Origin: Nanobdellota archaeon
GTDB taxonomy: Archaea; Nanobdellota; Nanobdellia; Pacearchaeales; GW2011-AR1
Length of the DNA stretch: 64,000 bases
Reading direction: 5' to 3'
Assembly: GCA_038046005.1 (NCBI GenBank)
Contig: JBBSXB010000001.1
Span: 52,769-116,768 of the forward strand
Below, piece by piece: positions 34,457-45,215 of the stretch (within the stretch, counting starts at the first letter, position 1; every line of letters begins with the position of its first letter). The notes beneath the pieces are model-generated. The model saw nothing but the letters and a program-made list of their open reading frames with translations, had not been told where the DNA came from and ran no database searches. The position numbers and the translations under genes are program-made.

Positions 34457-37420
34457 ATGACCGACGAAGAAAATAATGTTGGAAAAGAAAGCGAGAAAAA
34501 AGAATTTAATGAACATGTTCACCACAAAAAAAGCAGTGATGAAATTGATTTTTCCAAGTTTGTTAATGTGGTAAATAAAAATAATTATGTTTTAGTTTTT
34601 TCTATGCTTTCTCTTTTAGCACTAATAGTCAGCATTTTAAGTCTTGCAAAAGCAAATGTTGGAATCAGCGTTGTTAACAATCTGATTAATTTATTTCCTA
34701 CTTGGATTTTTTTGTTTCTTTTTGCAATGCTGATTTTATCATCTATATGTGCTTACTTTGAAAAATATGCAATAATGTTTTTGCCATTGTTGATATGGAT
34801 TATGTTTACAACTGCTTATGTAAGAACATCAAATTTAAGCCAGCTCAAAGATATAACTACTGGAGGCTATACTCTTGGACCAGATTTAGATCCATTCTTA
34901 TACTTAAGAAATGCTCAAGAAATTCTGAGAGGAACTCTCCAAAATCCTGACCCCATGAGATATGTCCCGCTTGGTTCACAAAACTACGCATTTGGTAATT
35001 TAATGCCTTGGGCACTTGTTTTTGTGTTTAAGATATTTTCTATATTTAGCAAAGTATCTCTAGAATATGCGGCAAACGTAACGCCCGTAATTTTCTTTTT
35101 AATATCGATGGTTGGGTTTTTTCTATTTAATAGAAGCATTTTTTCAATAAAATTTTCAAAAAACTTCGCAACAGCCGTAGCTATATTAGCTAGCGCCATT
35201 TATGCATTTTTGCCACAAATGCTCCATAGAACAACTGGTGGAATCCCTGAAATTGAAAGTTTAGGAATGGTTTGGTTTTGGTTTGCGTTGCTATTTTTTA
35301 CACTTGCTTGGAAAAATAAAGATAAGAAAAACTGGATAATTTACGGTGCTATAGCCGGAATCTTCACAGGATTAATGTCTTGGACTTGGGGAGGGTATAG
35401 ATATTTGTATATGGCCATAAGTGCAACTTCGTTTGTGTTCTTTTTATTTGAAAAAAATAGAAAAAAGAATTTTTACATATTCTTATCATGGGCAATTCCT
35501 GCCTTAATTCTAGAATTTTTAAGACTTAAAAGTTTATCAGCAATGATAATTAAAGTGAGTGATACTGGCTCGGCTATATTTATACTGTCCATATTCCTTG
35601 TTGATGTTTTAGTTGTAAAGACAAAACTAAAAGAAAGATTCTTCAAAAAGATACCTTTAAATGGAAGTCTGTTAAGTATAGCTATAGATGTTTTGCTCAT
35701 AATAATATTCTTATTAGTGCTTAATCCTAGTTTCTTGATAAATTCTACTTCAGGATTGATCCAAGGATTACTTTATCCATTTGGAAGAGGAAGAGTGGGA
35801 GTGACTGTTGCAGAAAACAAAGTCCCATATTTTTCAGAGATATTGGGCAATTTTGGAAACTTATTTTGGATTTTCCTCTTAGGAAATTTAGTAATATTTT
35901 GGGAATCTGCAAAAGAACTGAATAAAAAGAAAAGAATAACTCTCACAGCATTCTTTGTGTTATTACTTGCAGGATTATCTTTTTCTAGAATTTCGACAAG
36001 CAATTTATTGAATGGAAATAATCTCTTTTCAGATGTTTTTTACTTAAGTGGAATTATTTTATTTGGTGGTGCCATGGTTTATACTTGTTATAAAGCAAAA
36101 AGATTGAATGATGAGAGCACTTTGGATGGGTTAAAAAAAATAGGAGTTGCTGAAGTTTTAATTTTAGCACTTTCATTTTTTGCATTAGTCTCTACACGTG
36201 GGGCGATTAGATTATTTTTTATAATAGCCCCATTAATTACAATAGTTGTTGCATACATTCCTGTTAGGATAACCAAATCAATAAAAGACAACAGAGAAAA
36301 AGGGAAAAAGAATAATCTTGTTCTTTGGATTTTGTTTTTCGTATCAATACTAGCAATCCTAGGAGTTGGTATAAATAATGCAAACAGCACTTATGCCGAA
36401 GCAAGGTCTACAGTTCCAGGCATTTATGAACAATACTGGCAAAACGCAATGGCTTGGGTTAGAGAAAATACTACTGAAGGAAGTGTATTTGTTCATTGGT
36501 GGGACTATGGGTATTGGGTGCAAACTATTGGAGAACGACCGACAGTAACAGATGGGGGGCACTACATTGATTATTGGGATCATTTAATTGGAAGATATGT
36601 TTTAACTACTCCTTACCCAGAAACAGCACTTAGTTTCATGAAAACACATAATGTATCTTATTTGTTGATAGATGAGACTGATTTGGGAAAATACTCTGCA
36701 TACTCTAGCATAGGAAATGATCAAGACAATAATGACAGAATGTCCTGGATCTCGATGATGTTGCTAGACCAAAAACAAACTCAAGAAACTAGCAATTCCA
36801 CAATAATGGTTTATGCTGGAGGAAGCGCACTTGATGAAGACTTAATCTACAACCAAGGGGATAAAGAAATTTTTCTTCCTGAAGGAAAAGCAGGTTTAGC
36901 CGCGGTGATAATTGAAAACAAAAAATCAAATGAAAGCAGCCAGATTGGACAGCCAGTAGGAATTTTTGTGTATAATGGGCAACAGTTCAGAATTCCGATA
37001 AAAAGAATTTTCTTGAACAATAAGCTGATTAATTTTGATGAAGGAATAAATGCCACTGTCTTTTTGATTCCAACACTAGAGAACGCTCAAAATGGGGGTT
37101 TAAGAATAAACAATCTTGGGGGAATTATTTATTTGTCTAGAAAGGTGCAAGATGGTCTTTTTGCACAGCTTTATCTTATGGATGACCCTTCAAAAGAGTA
37201 TCCAACTCTAAGCTTAGCCCATGTTGAACCAGATCCATTAATAGGCAACATTAAGTCACGTGGAGCGGCAGATTTAGGGGATTTTATATATTACCAAGGA
37301 TTTAGGGGTCCAATGAAAATCTGGAAAGTCAGTTACCCAGATAGCATAATTAGCCGAGAGGAATTCTTGAGAACTGATGGATTATTTGGAGAATTTGATA
37401 ACCTGACTTTTACAAAATAA
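34457..37420 (+). CDS. aglB: Archaeal oligosaccharyltransferase AglB (STT3 family)
   Basis: 987 aa. N-terminal 13-TM region and WWDYGYW motif (VFVHWWDYGYWVQTIG) diagnostic for STT3/AglB. C-terminal periplasmic domain. Confidence 0.85.
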   Translation: MTDEENNVGKESEKKEFNEHVHHKKSSDEIDFSKFVNVVNKNNYVLVFSMLSLLALIVSILSLAKANVGISVVNNLINLFPTWIFLFLFAMLILSSICAYFEKYAIMFLPLLIWIMFTTAYVRTSNLSQLKDITTGGYTLGPDLDPFLYLRNAQEILRGTLQNPDPMRYVPLGSQNYAFGNLMPWALVFVFKIFSIFSKVSLEYAANVTPVIFFLISMVGFFLFNRSIFSIKFSKNFATAVAILASAIYAFLPQMLHRTTGGIPEIESLGMVWFWFALLFFTLAWKNKDKKNWIIYGAIAGIFTGLMSWTWGGYRYLYMAISATSFVFFLFEKNRKKNFYIFLSWAIPALILEFLRLKSLSAMIIKVSDTGSAIFILSIFLVDVLVVKTKLKERFFKKIPLNGSLLSIAIDVLLIIIFLLVLNPSFLINSTSGLIQGLLYPFGRGRVGVTVAENKVPYFSEILGNFGNLFWIFLLGNLVIFWESAKELNKKKRITLTAFFVLLLAGLSFSRISTSNLLNGNNLFSDVFYLSGIILFGGAMVYTCYKAKRLNDESTLDGLKKIGVAEVLILALSFFALVSTRGAIRLFFIIAPLITIVVAYIPVRITKSIKDNREKGKKNNLVLWILFFVSILAILGVGINNANSTYAEARSTVPGIYEQYWQNAMAWVRENTTEGSVFVHWWDYGYWVQTIGERPTVTDGGHYIDYWDHLIGRYVLTTPYPETALSFMKTHNVSYLLIDETDLGKYSAYSSIGNDQDNNDRMSWISMMLLDQKQTQETSNSTIMVYAGGSALDEDLIYNQGDKEIFLPEGKAGLAAVIIENKKSNESSQIGQPVGIFVYNGQQFRIPIKRIFLNNKLINFDEGINATVFLIPTLENAQNGGLRINNLGGIIYLSRKVQDGLFAQLYLMDDPSKEYPTLSLAHVEPDPLIGNIKSRGAADLGDFIYYQGFRGPMKIWKVSYPDSIISREEFLRTDGLFGEFDNLTFTK

Positions 37421-37468
37421 CTTTCTTAGATACATAAAGCTTTAAAATGAGTTTAGTTAAATTTTAAT

Positions 37469-38581
37469 ATGCAAACGAATCATTCTAGAATAGCTGTTGT
37501 AATTGGCACAAAAGCTGAGTTGATTAAATGTATGCCCATAATGGTAGAACTGCAAAAGCAAAAGAAGGATTACTTTTTTATACATACTGGCCAACATCCA
37601 CTAGGCAAGATATGCAAAGACTTTGGAATAAAAAAACCAGATTTTGTATTGAGTCCCGAGCCCAAAATAAGCACAAAATTTTGGTCAAAAATTAACAGAA
37701 TTTCTTTTTTGTGGTTTTTTTCAATGATTTTCAAGATTAAAGAGGTTATAAAAAAGATAAATCCAAAATATGTTGTTTACCATGGCGACACTATGAGCAC
37801 TGCTGCAGCTGCAATAGGGTCCAGTAAAATTATTAATCCTTTAAAAAAATGGACAAACGTACATCTGGAAGCTGGCTTAAGATCAGGCTCATTGTTTGAG
37901 CCTTTTCCTGAGGAAATATCAAGAAGAATTTCAGACTCTTTTTCTGATATCCTCTTAGCAGTATCAGATCTTACAGAAGATAACCTAAGAAAAAGCTATG
38001 GGAATAAAAAAATAATCTTAAAGACTGGCAATACTATTATTGATTCATCTTTGTATACTTACAAAAAAATAGAAAAAAAATTTAAAAAAGAAAAAGAAGG
38101 GTATGTGTTGATCAATATTCACAGACATGAACATCTAAGAAATAAAGAGAATTTAAGAAAAATTGTAGAGGTCATTAACTCTATAAAAACAAAGGGAATC
38201 TGGCCGCTTCATGATAATACAGAATATTATCTTAAAAAGTATGGTCTTTTTGAAAAAATTAATAGAAAAAAAATTTTGATAACACCTTTAAAGACTTATG
38301 AAGAGTTTATTTTTCTTCTTGCAAATTGCAAATATCTCATTGCTGATGGTGGCTCAATCCAAGAAGAAAGCCTTGTTTTTAAAAAACCTTGTTTAGTTCT
38401 AAGAAATAGAACTGAAAGACAAGAAGGACTTAAAACGGGAATTAATTTTCTCACAATGGATGTAAAAAAAGCAAAGGAAATAATAAAAAGTTTAGACAAC
38501 AACAAGATAAAGATTAAACCTTTCAAAAATCCGTACGGAGAACCGGGCTTAAGTAAAAAAATAATTGAAATACTAAGATGA
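37469..38581 (+). CDS. wecB: UDP-N-acetylglucosamine 2-epimerase (non-hydrolysing, WecB family)
   Basis: 370 aa. N-terminal IAVVIGTKAELIKCMPI...HTGQH signature. Confidence 0.8.
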   Translation: MQTNHSRIAVVIGTKAELIKCMPIMVELQKQKKDYFFIHTGQHPLGKICKDFGIKKPDFVLSPEPKISTKFWSKINRISFLWFFSMIFKIKEVIKKINPKYVVYHGDTMSTAAAAIGSSKIINPLKKWTNVHLEAGLRSGSLFEPFPEEISRRISDSFSDILLAVSDLTEDNLRKSYGNKKIILKTGNTIIDSSLYTYKKIEKKFKKEKEGYVLINIHRHEHLRNKENLRKIVEVINSIKTKGIWPLHDNTEYYLKKYGLFEKINRKKILITPLKTYEEFIFLLANCKYLIADGGSIQEESLVFKKPCLVLRNRTERQEGLKTGINFLTMDVKKAKEIIKSLDNNKIKIKPFKNPYGEPGLSKKIIEILR

Positions 38582-39678
38582 AAAAAATTAAGGTATACCT
38601 CCAATTTCCATGGAATATTTCTGATTCACAATATTACAAAAGTTTGATAGAAAATCCCCCAGAAGGAGTAGAATACAAAAACACCACATCAAGAATTGGC
38701 ATGATATCTTCGGGGAAAAAATTAGCCTGGTTTAATTTTTTGAAAAGACAAATAAGAAGCTGGACCAAAAAATTTGGAATGGTTATTGTTAATTCCCACC
38801 TCACAAAAACAAATGGAGATTTTGATTTAATACATTGTGCTCATTGTCTTAGTAAAAATTTAGACAAACCTTGGGTGGCAGATTTTGAATCATGGTGGCA
38901 AATGTGGATTTCTGGGAGAGACAGCATAAGAGGAAGAGACAAAGTTTTAGAAATTTTAAAGAGAAAAGAATGTAAAAAGATACTAACCTGGACTCCGGCT
39001 GCAAAAGTCGAGATAGAAAAAAAATTTCCAGAAATTAAAAATAAGTTAGAAGTGGTAACTTTTGCTATGCCTTTTAGAAAAATAAAAAAGAAAAATAAAA
39101 AAGAAAAAGTTCTTTTATTTGTGTCAAGGTATTTCTTCCATAAGGGAGGATTGCATGCACTAGAGGTTTTTGATAGAATAACCAAACAAGAAAAAAATGT
39201 TAGGGCTATATTGGTCTCAGATGTCCCAGAAAACATAAAAGAAAAATATTCGCTCAATAAAAAAATACAGATACATGGACTAATGTCTAGTTCTAAGATA
39301 ATAAAAGAAATTTTTCCTATGGCAGACATATTTGTTTATCCGGGTTATAGTGACACATTTGGGTTTGTTTTTGTAGAAGCATTATCTTTTGGCTTGCCAA
39401 TTGTGACCGTGGAAGGTTTTTCTAGAAATTTTATTGTCAAAGATGGTGAAACAGGATTTATAATAAAAAAAGACGCAGAGATTGAAATAGAGGCTTTAGG
39501 GAAAAAAGAAGAAATTATTGTTCAGAGGATGGTTGAAAAAACATTAACAATATTAAAAGATGAAAAACTGAGAAGGAAAATGTCACAAAATTGTATAGAA
39601 GAAGTTAAAAATGGTAAATTCTCTATAAAAGAAAGAAATAGTAAGCTGAAAAAAATTTATGAGGGAGCTATAATATAG
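38578..39678 (+). CDS. Glycosyltransferase family 1/4
   Basis: 366 aa. C-terminal E-x7-E-type motif (FVEALSFGLPIV). Confidence 0.75.
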   Translation: MKKIKVYLQFPWNISDSQYYKSLIENPPEGVEYKNTTSRIGMISSGKKLAWFNFLKRQIRSWTKKFGMVIVNSHLTKTNGDFDLIHCAHCLSKNLDKPWVADFESWWQMWISGRDSIRGRDKVLEILKRKECKKILTWTPAAKVEIEKKFPEIKNKLEVVTFAMPFRKIKKKNKKEKVLLFVSRYFFHKGGLHALEVFDRITKQEKNVRAILVSDVPENIKEKYSLNKKIQIHGLMSSSKIIKEIFPMADIFVYPGYSDTFGFVFVEALSFGLPIVTVEGFSRNFIVKDGETGFIIKKDAEIEIEALGKKEEIIVQRMVEKTLTILKDEKLRRKMSQNCIEEVKNGKFSIKERNSKLKKIYEGAII

Positions 39679-39682
39679 CAAA

Positions 39683-40942
39683 ATGGACAATACAATTGAA
39701 GCTGTTAAAAATTGCAGAGCTTGTGGAGCAAATAATTTTGTGCCGATACTATCTTTAGGAAATCAATTTATTACTAACTTTGTTTCGTCAGAAAAGGAAC
39801 AAGGAGAAAAAGTCCCATTGGATTTGATTTTGTGCAATGATTGTAAAGTTATGCAGCTGAGACATAGTGCTCCTCCAGAAGCCATGTGGGGGGATCAATA
39901 TTGGTATAAATCTGGAATTAGCAGCACTATAAAAGCAGATTTAAAAGATATTGCTGAAAAAGCCCAACAATTGGCCAAGTTAAATAATAATGATATTGTT
40001 ATTGACATTGGATGCAATGACGGAACTATGCTAGATTTTTACAAGGGGAAAAATCTTAGTTTAGTAGGATTTGAGCCGTCTAAAAATGTTGCAAGAGAAG
40101 CTTCAGCAAAGGGACATAAAGTTATAAATGATTTTTTTAACGCTGAGAGTTTTAAAAAGGAGTTTGGCAATAAAAAAGCAAAAATAATAACAGCTATCTC
40201 CATGTTTTATGATCTTGAAGATCCAAACAAATTTTTAAAAGACATAGTATCTGTGATGGACAAAGAGGGGATATTTATAATACAACAAAATTATTTGCTT
40301 ACCATGTTAGAACAAAACGCTTTTGATAATATTTGCCATGAACACAGAGAGTATTATTCTGTTTACTCACTAAAGAAACTCTTGAATAAACACAACTTAG
40401 AGATATTTGATGCCGAACAGAATAGCATAAATGGTGGAAGTGTAAGAACCTACATAAGACTGAAAAATAATAAAAATGTTAATGGATTTTCTGGAGCAGA
40501 AGAAAGGTTAAAAAAAATAGAAGAAGCTGAAATGAAAGCTAAATTAGACTCTGAACTCCCATACAGAAAATTTGCATCTAGGGTTGATGGTATAAAAAAT
40601 AAGTTAATGGATTTTTTAAAAGAGGAAAAGAAAAAAGGGAAAAAGATATGGATCTACGGGGCTTCCACAAGAGGAAATGTTATACTACAATACTTTGGCC
40701 TTGGACCAAACCTAATTGATTGCATAGCCGACATGAACCCAGACAAATGGGGTAAAAAAACCGTTGGCTCTTTAATCCCAATTGATTCTCCAAAAAAAAT
40801 GAGAGAAGCAAATCCAGATTTTTTAGTAGTGAACACTTGGCATTTTTTGGATGAGATAGTTAATCAAGAAAAAGAATATTTTAACAAAGGGGGTAAATTT
40901 GTCGTCGCTCTCCCAGATTTCAAGACCATTGATAAGACTTAG
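39683..40942 (+). CDS. SAM-dependent methyltransferase with N-terminal zinc ribbon and C-terminal C-methyltransferase-like domain (NDP-hexose C-methyltransferase-like)
   Basis: 419 aa. CRACG...CNDCKVMQL Cys4 ribbon, class I MTase core (VIDIGCNDGTML), long C-terminal domain. Architecture matches TylCIII-type sugar C-methyltransferases. Confidence 0.55.
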   Translation: MDNTIEAVKNCRACGANNFVPILSLGNQFITNFVSSEKEQGEKVPLDLILCNDCKVMQLRHSAPPEAMWGDQYWYKSGISSTIKADLKDIAEKAQQLAKLNNNDIVIDIGCNDGTMLDFYKGKNLSLVGFEPSKNVAREASAKGHKVINDFFNAESFKKEFGNKKAKIITAISMFYDLEDPNKFLKDIVSVMDKEGIFIIQQNYLLTMLEQNAFDNICHEHREYYSVYSLKKLLNKHNLEIFDAEQNSINGGSVRTYIRLKNNKNVNGFSGAEERLKKIEEAEMKAKLDSELPYRKFASRVDGIKNKLMDFLKEEKKKGKKIWIYGASTRGNVILQYFGLGPNLIDCIADMNPDKWGKKTVGSLIPIDSPKKMREANPDFLVVNTWHFLDEIVNQEKEYFNKGGKFVVALPDFKTIDKT

Positions 40943-41784
40943 TTCTCAATCAATCTTTTCTTAATCACACTTAATCCCTTTTCGAAAGTAGTAAACTTTA
41001 TTCCTAGACCATTCATCTTAGCAGTGTTTAAAGTTGCATTTTCCGGAATCTTTATCGCAACTGGCTGTGATTTATTTATTTTTATTAAAGAATTTTCTCT
41101 AACAATTGACTCAAGATTTCCTAGCAACTCAATTATTTCCATTTTATCCGGACCTGCTAAATGGAAAATCCCTTTTTTATTTCTTTTTACCAGTTCCATC
41201 ATTAATCTCGGAACATCATCCACAAAAATAGGTTGCCTGAGTTGATGAGGTTCCCGTAATTCTATAAAATTACCAGACAAAACTGTATCAAAAACCCCAT
41301 TTTTTTTATCTTTTCCATTATACCCATACATAATATCTACTCTAAGGATAATTCCTTTTGGGTTTTTCAAGATTTCTTTTTCGGCCATAATTTTTGTTCT
41401 TGCATACTCATTTATTGGGCTGGTTTTATCATCTTCATTATAATTGCCAGTTTTCCCATCGAATAAATAAGAAGAAGACATAAAAACCATCCAGGCTCCA
41501 ATTTCATTAGCGACCTCTGAGATATTCTTGGCCGTTTTATAGTTTAGGTCTTCGGCGAGGCGAGGATTATTCTCGCACTTAGTTGAGCTCGTCAAGGCAA
41601 CTGTGTCTAAAATGACTTCTGGTTTATACTTTAATAGGAATTTTCTTACCTCAGAAATGTTCAAAACATCCAATTTATTTTCTGAAGAATTTTTTCCAGC
41701 TTTCACCACTTCATTGTTTTTTGATAAAATTTCTGCTGCTTTCGTTCCCAAAAAGCCATCTGCGCCGATTATGGCTACTTTCAT
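40939..41784 (-). CDS. rmlD: dTDP-4-dehydrorhamnose reductase-like NAD(P)-dependent reductase (RmlD family)
   Basis: 281 aa. VAIIGADGFLG Rossmann motif and YARTK (YxxxK). Confidence 0.7.
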   Translation of the reverse strand: MKVAIIGADGFLGTKAAEILSKNNEVVKAGKNSSENKLDVLNISEVRKFLLKYKPEVILDTVALTSSTKCENNPRLAEDLNYKTAKNISEVANEIGAWMVFMSSSYLFDGKTGNYNEDDKTSPINEYARTKIMAEKEILKNPKGIILRVDIMYGYNGKDKKNGVFDTVLSGNFIELREPHQLRQPIFVDDVPRLMMELVKRNKKGIFHLAGPDKMEIIELLGNLESIVRENSLIKINKSQPVAIKIPENATLNTAKMNGLGIKFTTFEKGLSVIKKRLIEN

Positions 41785-42878
41785 TTTAAAGCGTGATAAA
41801 TTTTTTTGTATTTTCTGGCAATTGCAGACAATCCATTTTCCTTAAGGTAGTTAACACATTCTTGTTCCATTCTTTTAAGGTTTCGTGGTTTTATTGAATC
41901 TTTTATAACTCTTGGATAATCTTCGTCATCTTTAGCTATAGCAATTCCCTTAAAATGTCTTGACGCCTCATTAAAGAATTTTATATTGCTTACAATTATT
42001 GGCCTCTTTGCAGCTATTGAATGTGCAAAGATTCCACTCCCAATTCCCCCCCTATATGGAAGAAGAACTAAATCTGCTGCTGCAAAATATTTCCACCATA
42101 AAGGGTTCTTATCAGTTATGTCAAAAATATCAAAACGCACAAACTTTTCTAATTTTTTTTGTTTAACAATCTGTTTATTTTCCTCAATATAATCTCTTAC
42201 TCGGTCCGTATTTCTATCATTTACAGAACCTGGATTTGCAACAACAAGGGTTGTTCCACCTATTTTATCAGCTTGGTTGATGATAATATCATGGCCGTGA
42301 TCAGGCACCATACTCCCCATGAATAAATAAACTGGGCCAGATAATTTTAATTCCTTTTTTGTTTTTAATTTGTCATAAGAAGGCACATTCTCTATTATTC
42401 CTTGTGGAAGAACAGCTATTTTTGAAGGAGAAAAATTATACTCCTTGACTAATATATCCTTAAAAAACTCTGCATGAACAACAACCATATCTGAACACCA
42501 ATTTATAACTCTATTTTGAGTGAAATACAGAAATTTTCTAAAAAACGTCTTTAGTTTGCTACCTTTAAATTTTTCTTTTTTGGATAAAACTGTATGCATT
42601 GTCGTAATAACCCTACATTTACAAAAAGAAAACAAGAAATAAAGGGCAAAAAATGGAAGGCCATAACCTCCGAGCAAGTTATATTCGTGTTGTATATGAA
42701 CAACATCATATTTTTTTATTTCCTTAAATTTTTTGAATATATTGAATGGAGAACCGGCAGTATAATTTATGTTACTAATATCTTCTCCCTGTTGTTTAAT
42801 ACTATCAACAAGAGTTACAGAATAACCTGAAATCGCTTTTTCAGATTCTCTCGTTGGAAAAACCATTGCTATTTTCAT
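41781..42878 (-). CDS. Glycosyltransferase family 1/4
   Basis: 365 aa. GT-B fold. Overlaps the rmlD-like gene by 4 nt. Confidence 0.7.
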   Translation of the reverse strand: MKIAMVFPTRESEKAISGYSVTLVDSIKQQGEDISNINYTAGSPFNIFKKFKEIKKYDVVHIQHEYNLLGGYGLPFFALYFLFSFCKCRVITTMHTVLSKKEKFKGSKLKTFFRKFLYFTQNRVINWCSDMVVVHAEFFKDILVKEYNFSPSKIAVLPQGIIENVPSYDKLKTKKELKLSGPVYLFMGSMVPDHGHDIIINQADKIGGTTLVVANPGSVNDRNTDRVRDYIEENKQIVKQKKLEKFVRFDIFDITDKNPLWWKYFAAADLVLLPYRGGIGSGIFAHSIAAKRPIIVSNIKFFNEASRHFKGIAIAKDDEDYPRVIKDSIKPRNLKRMEQECVNYLKENGLSAIARKYKKIYHALK

Positions 42879-42901
42879 TTTGTTATTAGAGTTAATATCG
42901 T

Positions 42902-43888
42902 TTAATGAATATTACTTTTTGAGTGTTGAATTTTTATTTTCCAGTAATCAATTGTTTTTTTTAATCCTTCCTCTGGTGAGACTGTCTGTTCCCAATGCAG
43001 GATTTTTTTTGCTTGCGTACTATCCAGAACTAAATAAGGCTGGTCTGACGCCAATGGTCTATTTGGGTATCCTGGAGGGAATTCCCTCAAGTGCAATTTG
43101 CTTTCAGGAAATCCTATAAGTTTAGCAATTTTCAGCGCCCACTCTTTATTTGTAATTCCTTTTCCCCCAGAGATATTAAACGCGCTTCCTTGAATGTTTT
43201 TGGTTTTCATGGCTAAAAGGTAAGAATTAACATGATCCTCAACATACATGTAGTCTCTTATGGAATCTGGAGCACCTATGTAGATATCTTTTCCTTTGAT
43301 CATCTCTGTTATGAGGTACTCGGTAAAAAAACCCGGATCGTATTTTCTTCCAAACGTGTTGCTATTTCTTAAAATGACCACATTGAAATTATAAACTTTA
43401 TTTAGCATCCTCATGTAAATATCCATTGCTGCTTTGCTTACAGCGTATGGACTTGAGGCTTCTAATGACATATCTTCTGTGAAAGGAGTAAACTCTTTTA
43501 TCCCATAAACTTCTGCTGTTGAGGCTACTACTAGCCTAACTTTTTCAGGGCCATAAAGCTCAAGAATAGCCTCAGCCATATTCACTGACCCGAGATAATT
43601 TACTTTCTGGTATGCAATAGGATGTTCAAAGCTTAATCTTACTGGGGATAAGGCTGCAAGATGAAAAACAACATCAGGATTAACTTTTTGAAGAGAGTTT
43701 TTTATGGAGGTATAATCTACAATGTCGCATACGATTATTTTTATTTTGTCTTTAATGTCTTCTATGCTTTCTAAATTTCTTCCGATTACATGCCTAACAA
43801 TTCCGAAAACTTCATGGCCTTCATTCACTAATTTATGGGCCAATTCGCTTCCTATAAAACCAGTGATTCCAGTAATCATAACTCTCAT
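42902..43888 (-). CDS. NAD-dependent NDP-sugar 4,6-dehydratase/epimerase (GDP-mannose 4,6-dehydratase-like)
   Basis: 328 aa. ITGITGFIGSELAHKLVNEGHEVFGIVR closely resembles the GMD N-terminus. YAVSKAA catalytic YxxxK. Confidence 0.65.
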   Translation of the reverse strand: MRVMITGITGFIGSELAHKLVNEGHEVFGIVRHVIGRNLESIEDIKDKIKIIVCDIVDYTSIKNSLQKVNPDVVFHLAALSPVRLSFEHPIAYQKVNYLGSVNMAEAILELYGPEKVRLVVASTAEVYGIKEFTPFTEDMSLEASSPYAVSKAAMDIYMRMLNKVYNFNVVILRNSNTFGRKYDPGFFTEYLITEMIKGKDIYIGAPDSIRDYMYVEDHVNSYLLAMKTKNIQGSAFNISGGKGITNKEWALKIAKLIGFPESKLHLREFPPGYPNRPLASDQPYLVLDSTQAKKILHWEQTVSPEEGLKKTIDYWKIKIQHSKSNIH

Positions 43889-43928
43889 GAGATTGAGTAA
43901 GACTTATGATTTATAAGCTTTATTGACA

Positions 43929-44408
43929 TCAAGTAATGTTTAACCTAGACAGCAAATTATCAAGATATTTTTTTGATCCTTCTATGTCAGATTCTAATGG
44001 GGCCCACGGGGCGAATTCTTTGTAGATTTTAGGGTCGTATGGGCCTTGGGTTATTTCCAAAATCACTGCAGGATTATCAATAACAACTAATGAGTGGAAA
44101 TTTTTTTCCGGGATGTAGACTAAAGATGATACATCCCTAGAAGATTCCGAGACAATTTCGTAGTTTTTTATATCTCCTTCGTCTGTGAAATAGATCGGAG
44201 CAAGCTTACCTCTGAGAACTAACCAGTATTCATCTAATCTTTCACCATGCCTATGGGGCCTGACGTAAGTTCCTGGAAGCATTGCATTTAGTAAAGGTCT
44301 TACTCCCGTGTAATCTGCTGGTTTCAAAGCTTTAGCCTTCCTTAACCGAGGGTCTTTTCTAGCTTCTTCTAACAAATCATCAATAATTTTTTGGTTGACT
44401 GATTCCAT
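43929..44408 (-). CDS. Cupin-fold protein, WbuC-like (found in O-antigen/LPS clusters)
   Basis: 159 aa. RPHRHG metal-binding-like motif in a small beta-barrel sized protein. Assignment tentative. Confidence 0.45.
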   Translation of the reverse strand: MESVNQKIIDDLLEEARKDPRLRKAKALKPADYTGVRPLLNAMLPGTYVRPHRHGERLDEYWLVLRGKLAPIYFTDEGDIKNYEIVSESSRDVSSLVYIPEKNFHSLVVIDNPAVILEITQGPYDPKIYKEFAPWAPLESDIEGSKKYLDNLLSRLNIT

Positions 44409-44504
44409 AAAAAGTCCTACAAAAATGAGTTTTTAAAGATTTGGACTTCTAAGAGTATATTCTAATTACACAATCTTTTTAAAGAATTATTAGTAAGGTA
44501 ATTT

Positions 44505-45215
44505 ATGATATTTAAAACAGCAGTGATTATTGCTGGGGGGAAAGGAGAAAGACTGGGAGATATTGGAGAAGGACTACCAAAACCACTTGTAAAAGTTGAA
44601 GGAAAACCAATTTTAGAAAGAATAATCTTGTGGTTGAAAAAGAATGGTGTGGAAAAAATTGTGATAGGGGTTGCCTACAAAAAAGAAATGATTAAAGATT
44701 ATTTTGGTAATGGTAATAGACTTGGTGTAAAAATAATTTACACAGAACATGATGAGAATGGGGGAACTGAAGACGCTTTTAGGACTGCAATAGAAAAGTC
44801 TAAGATTGATGATGAAAATTTTTACGCATTGAATGGTGATCAAATCACAGATCTTCAACTTGAAGGGGTTACAAATAAACATTTAGTTTCACACGCAACA
44901 GTAACCATGATTACCACTAATCTAAGGACCAACTTTGGAATTGTGCAGATTGATGACAAGAATAGAATTGCTAACCTAAAAGAGAAGGGAGAAGTGAAAG
45001 GATTGCTCATCAATACCGGAATTTATGTTTTCAATAAAAAAATAAAAAATTATTTGGTCGGGGGAAACATAGAAGAAAAGGCTTTTAGAAAGCTGATAGA
45101 GGAAAAAAACATGATTTCATTTTACTATGACGGGCTGTGGACCAGCTTTAATGACAAAAAAGAACTCGCAGTAGCTGAAAAAGCAATTAGGGAATTTAGC
45201 GGACTGATTGATTAA
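44505..45215 (+). CDS. Sugar-1-phosphate nucleotidyltransferase
   Basis: 236 aa. N-terminal AVIIAGGKGERLGD...GLPKPLV signature of NTP-transferase (RmlA/GlmU-N-like). Confidence 0.8.
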   Translation: MIFKTAVIIAGGKGERLGDIGEGLPKPLVKVEGKPILERIILWLKKNGVEKIVIGVAYKKEMIKDYFGNGNRLGVKIIYTEHDENGGTEDAFRTAIEKSKIDDENFYALNGDQITDLQLEGVTNKHLVSHATVTMITTNLRTNFGIVQIDDKNRIANLKEKGEVKGLLINTGIYVFNKKIKNYLVGGNIEEKAFRKLIEEKNMISFYYDGLWTSFNDKKELAVAEKAIREFSGLID

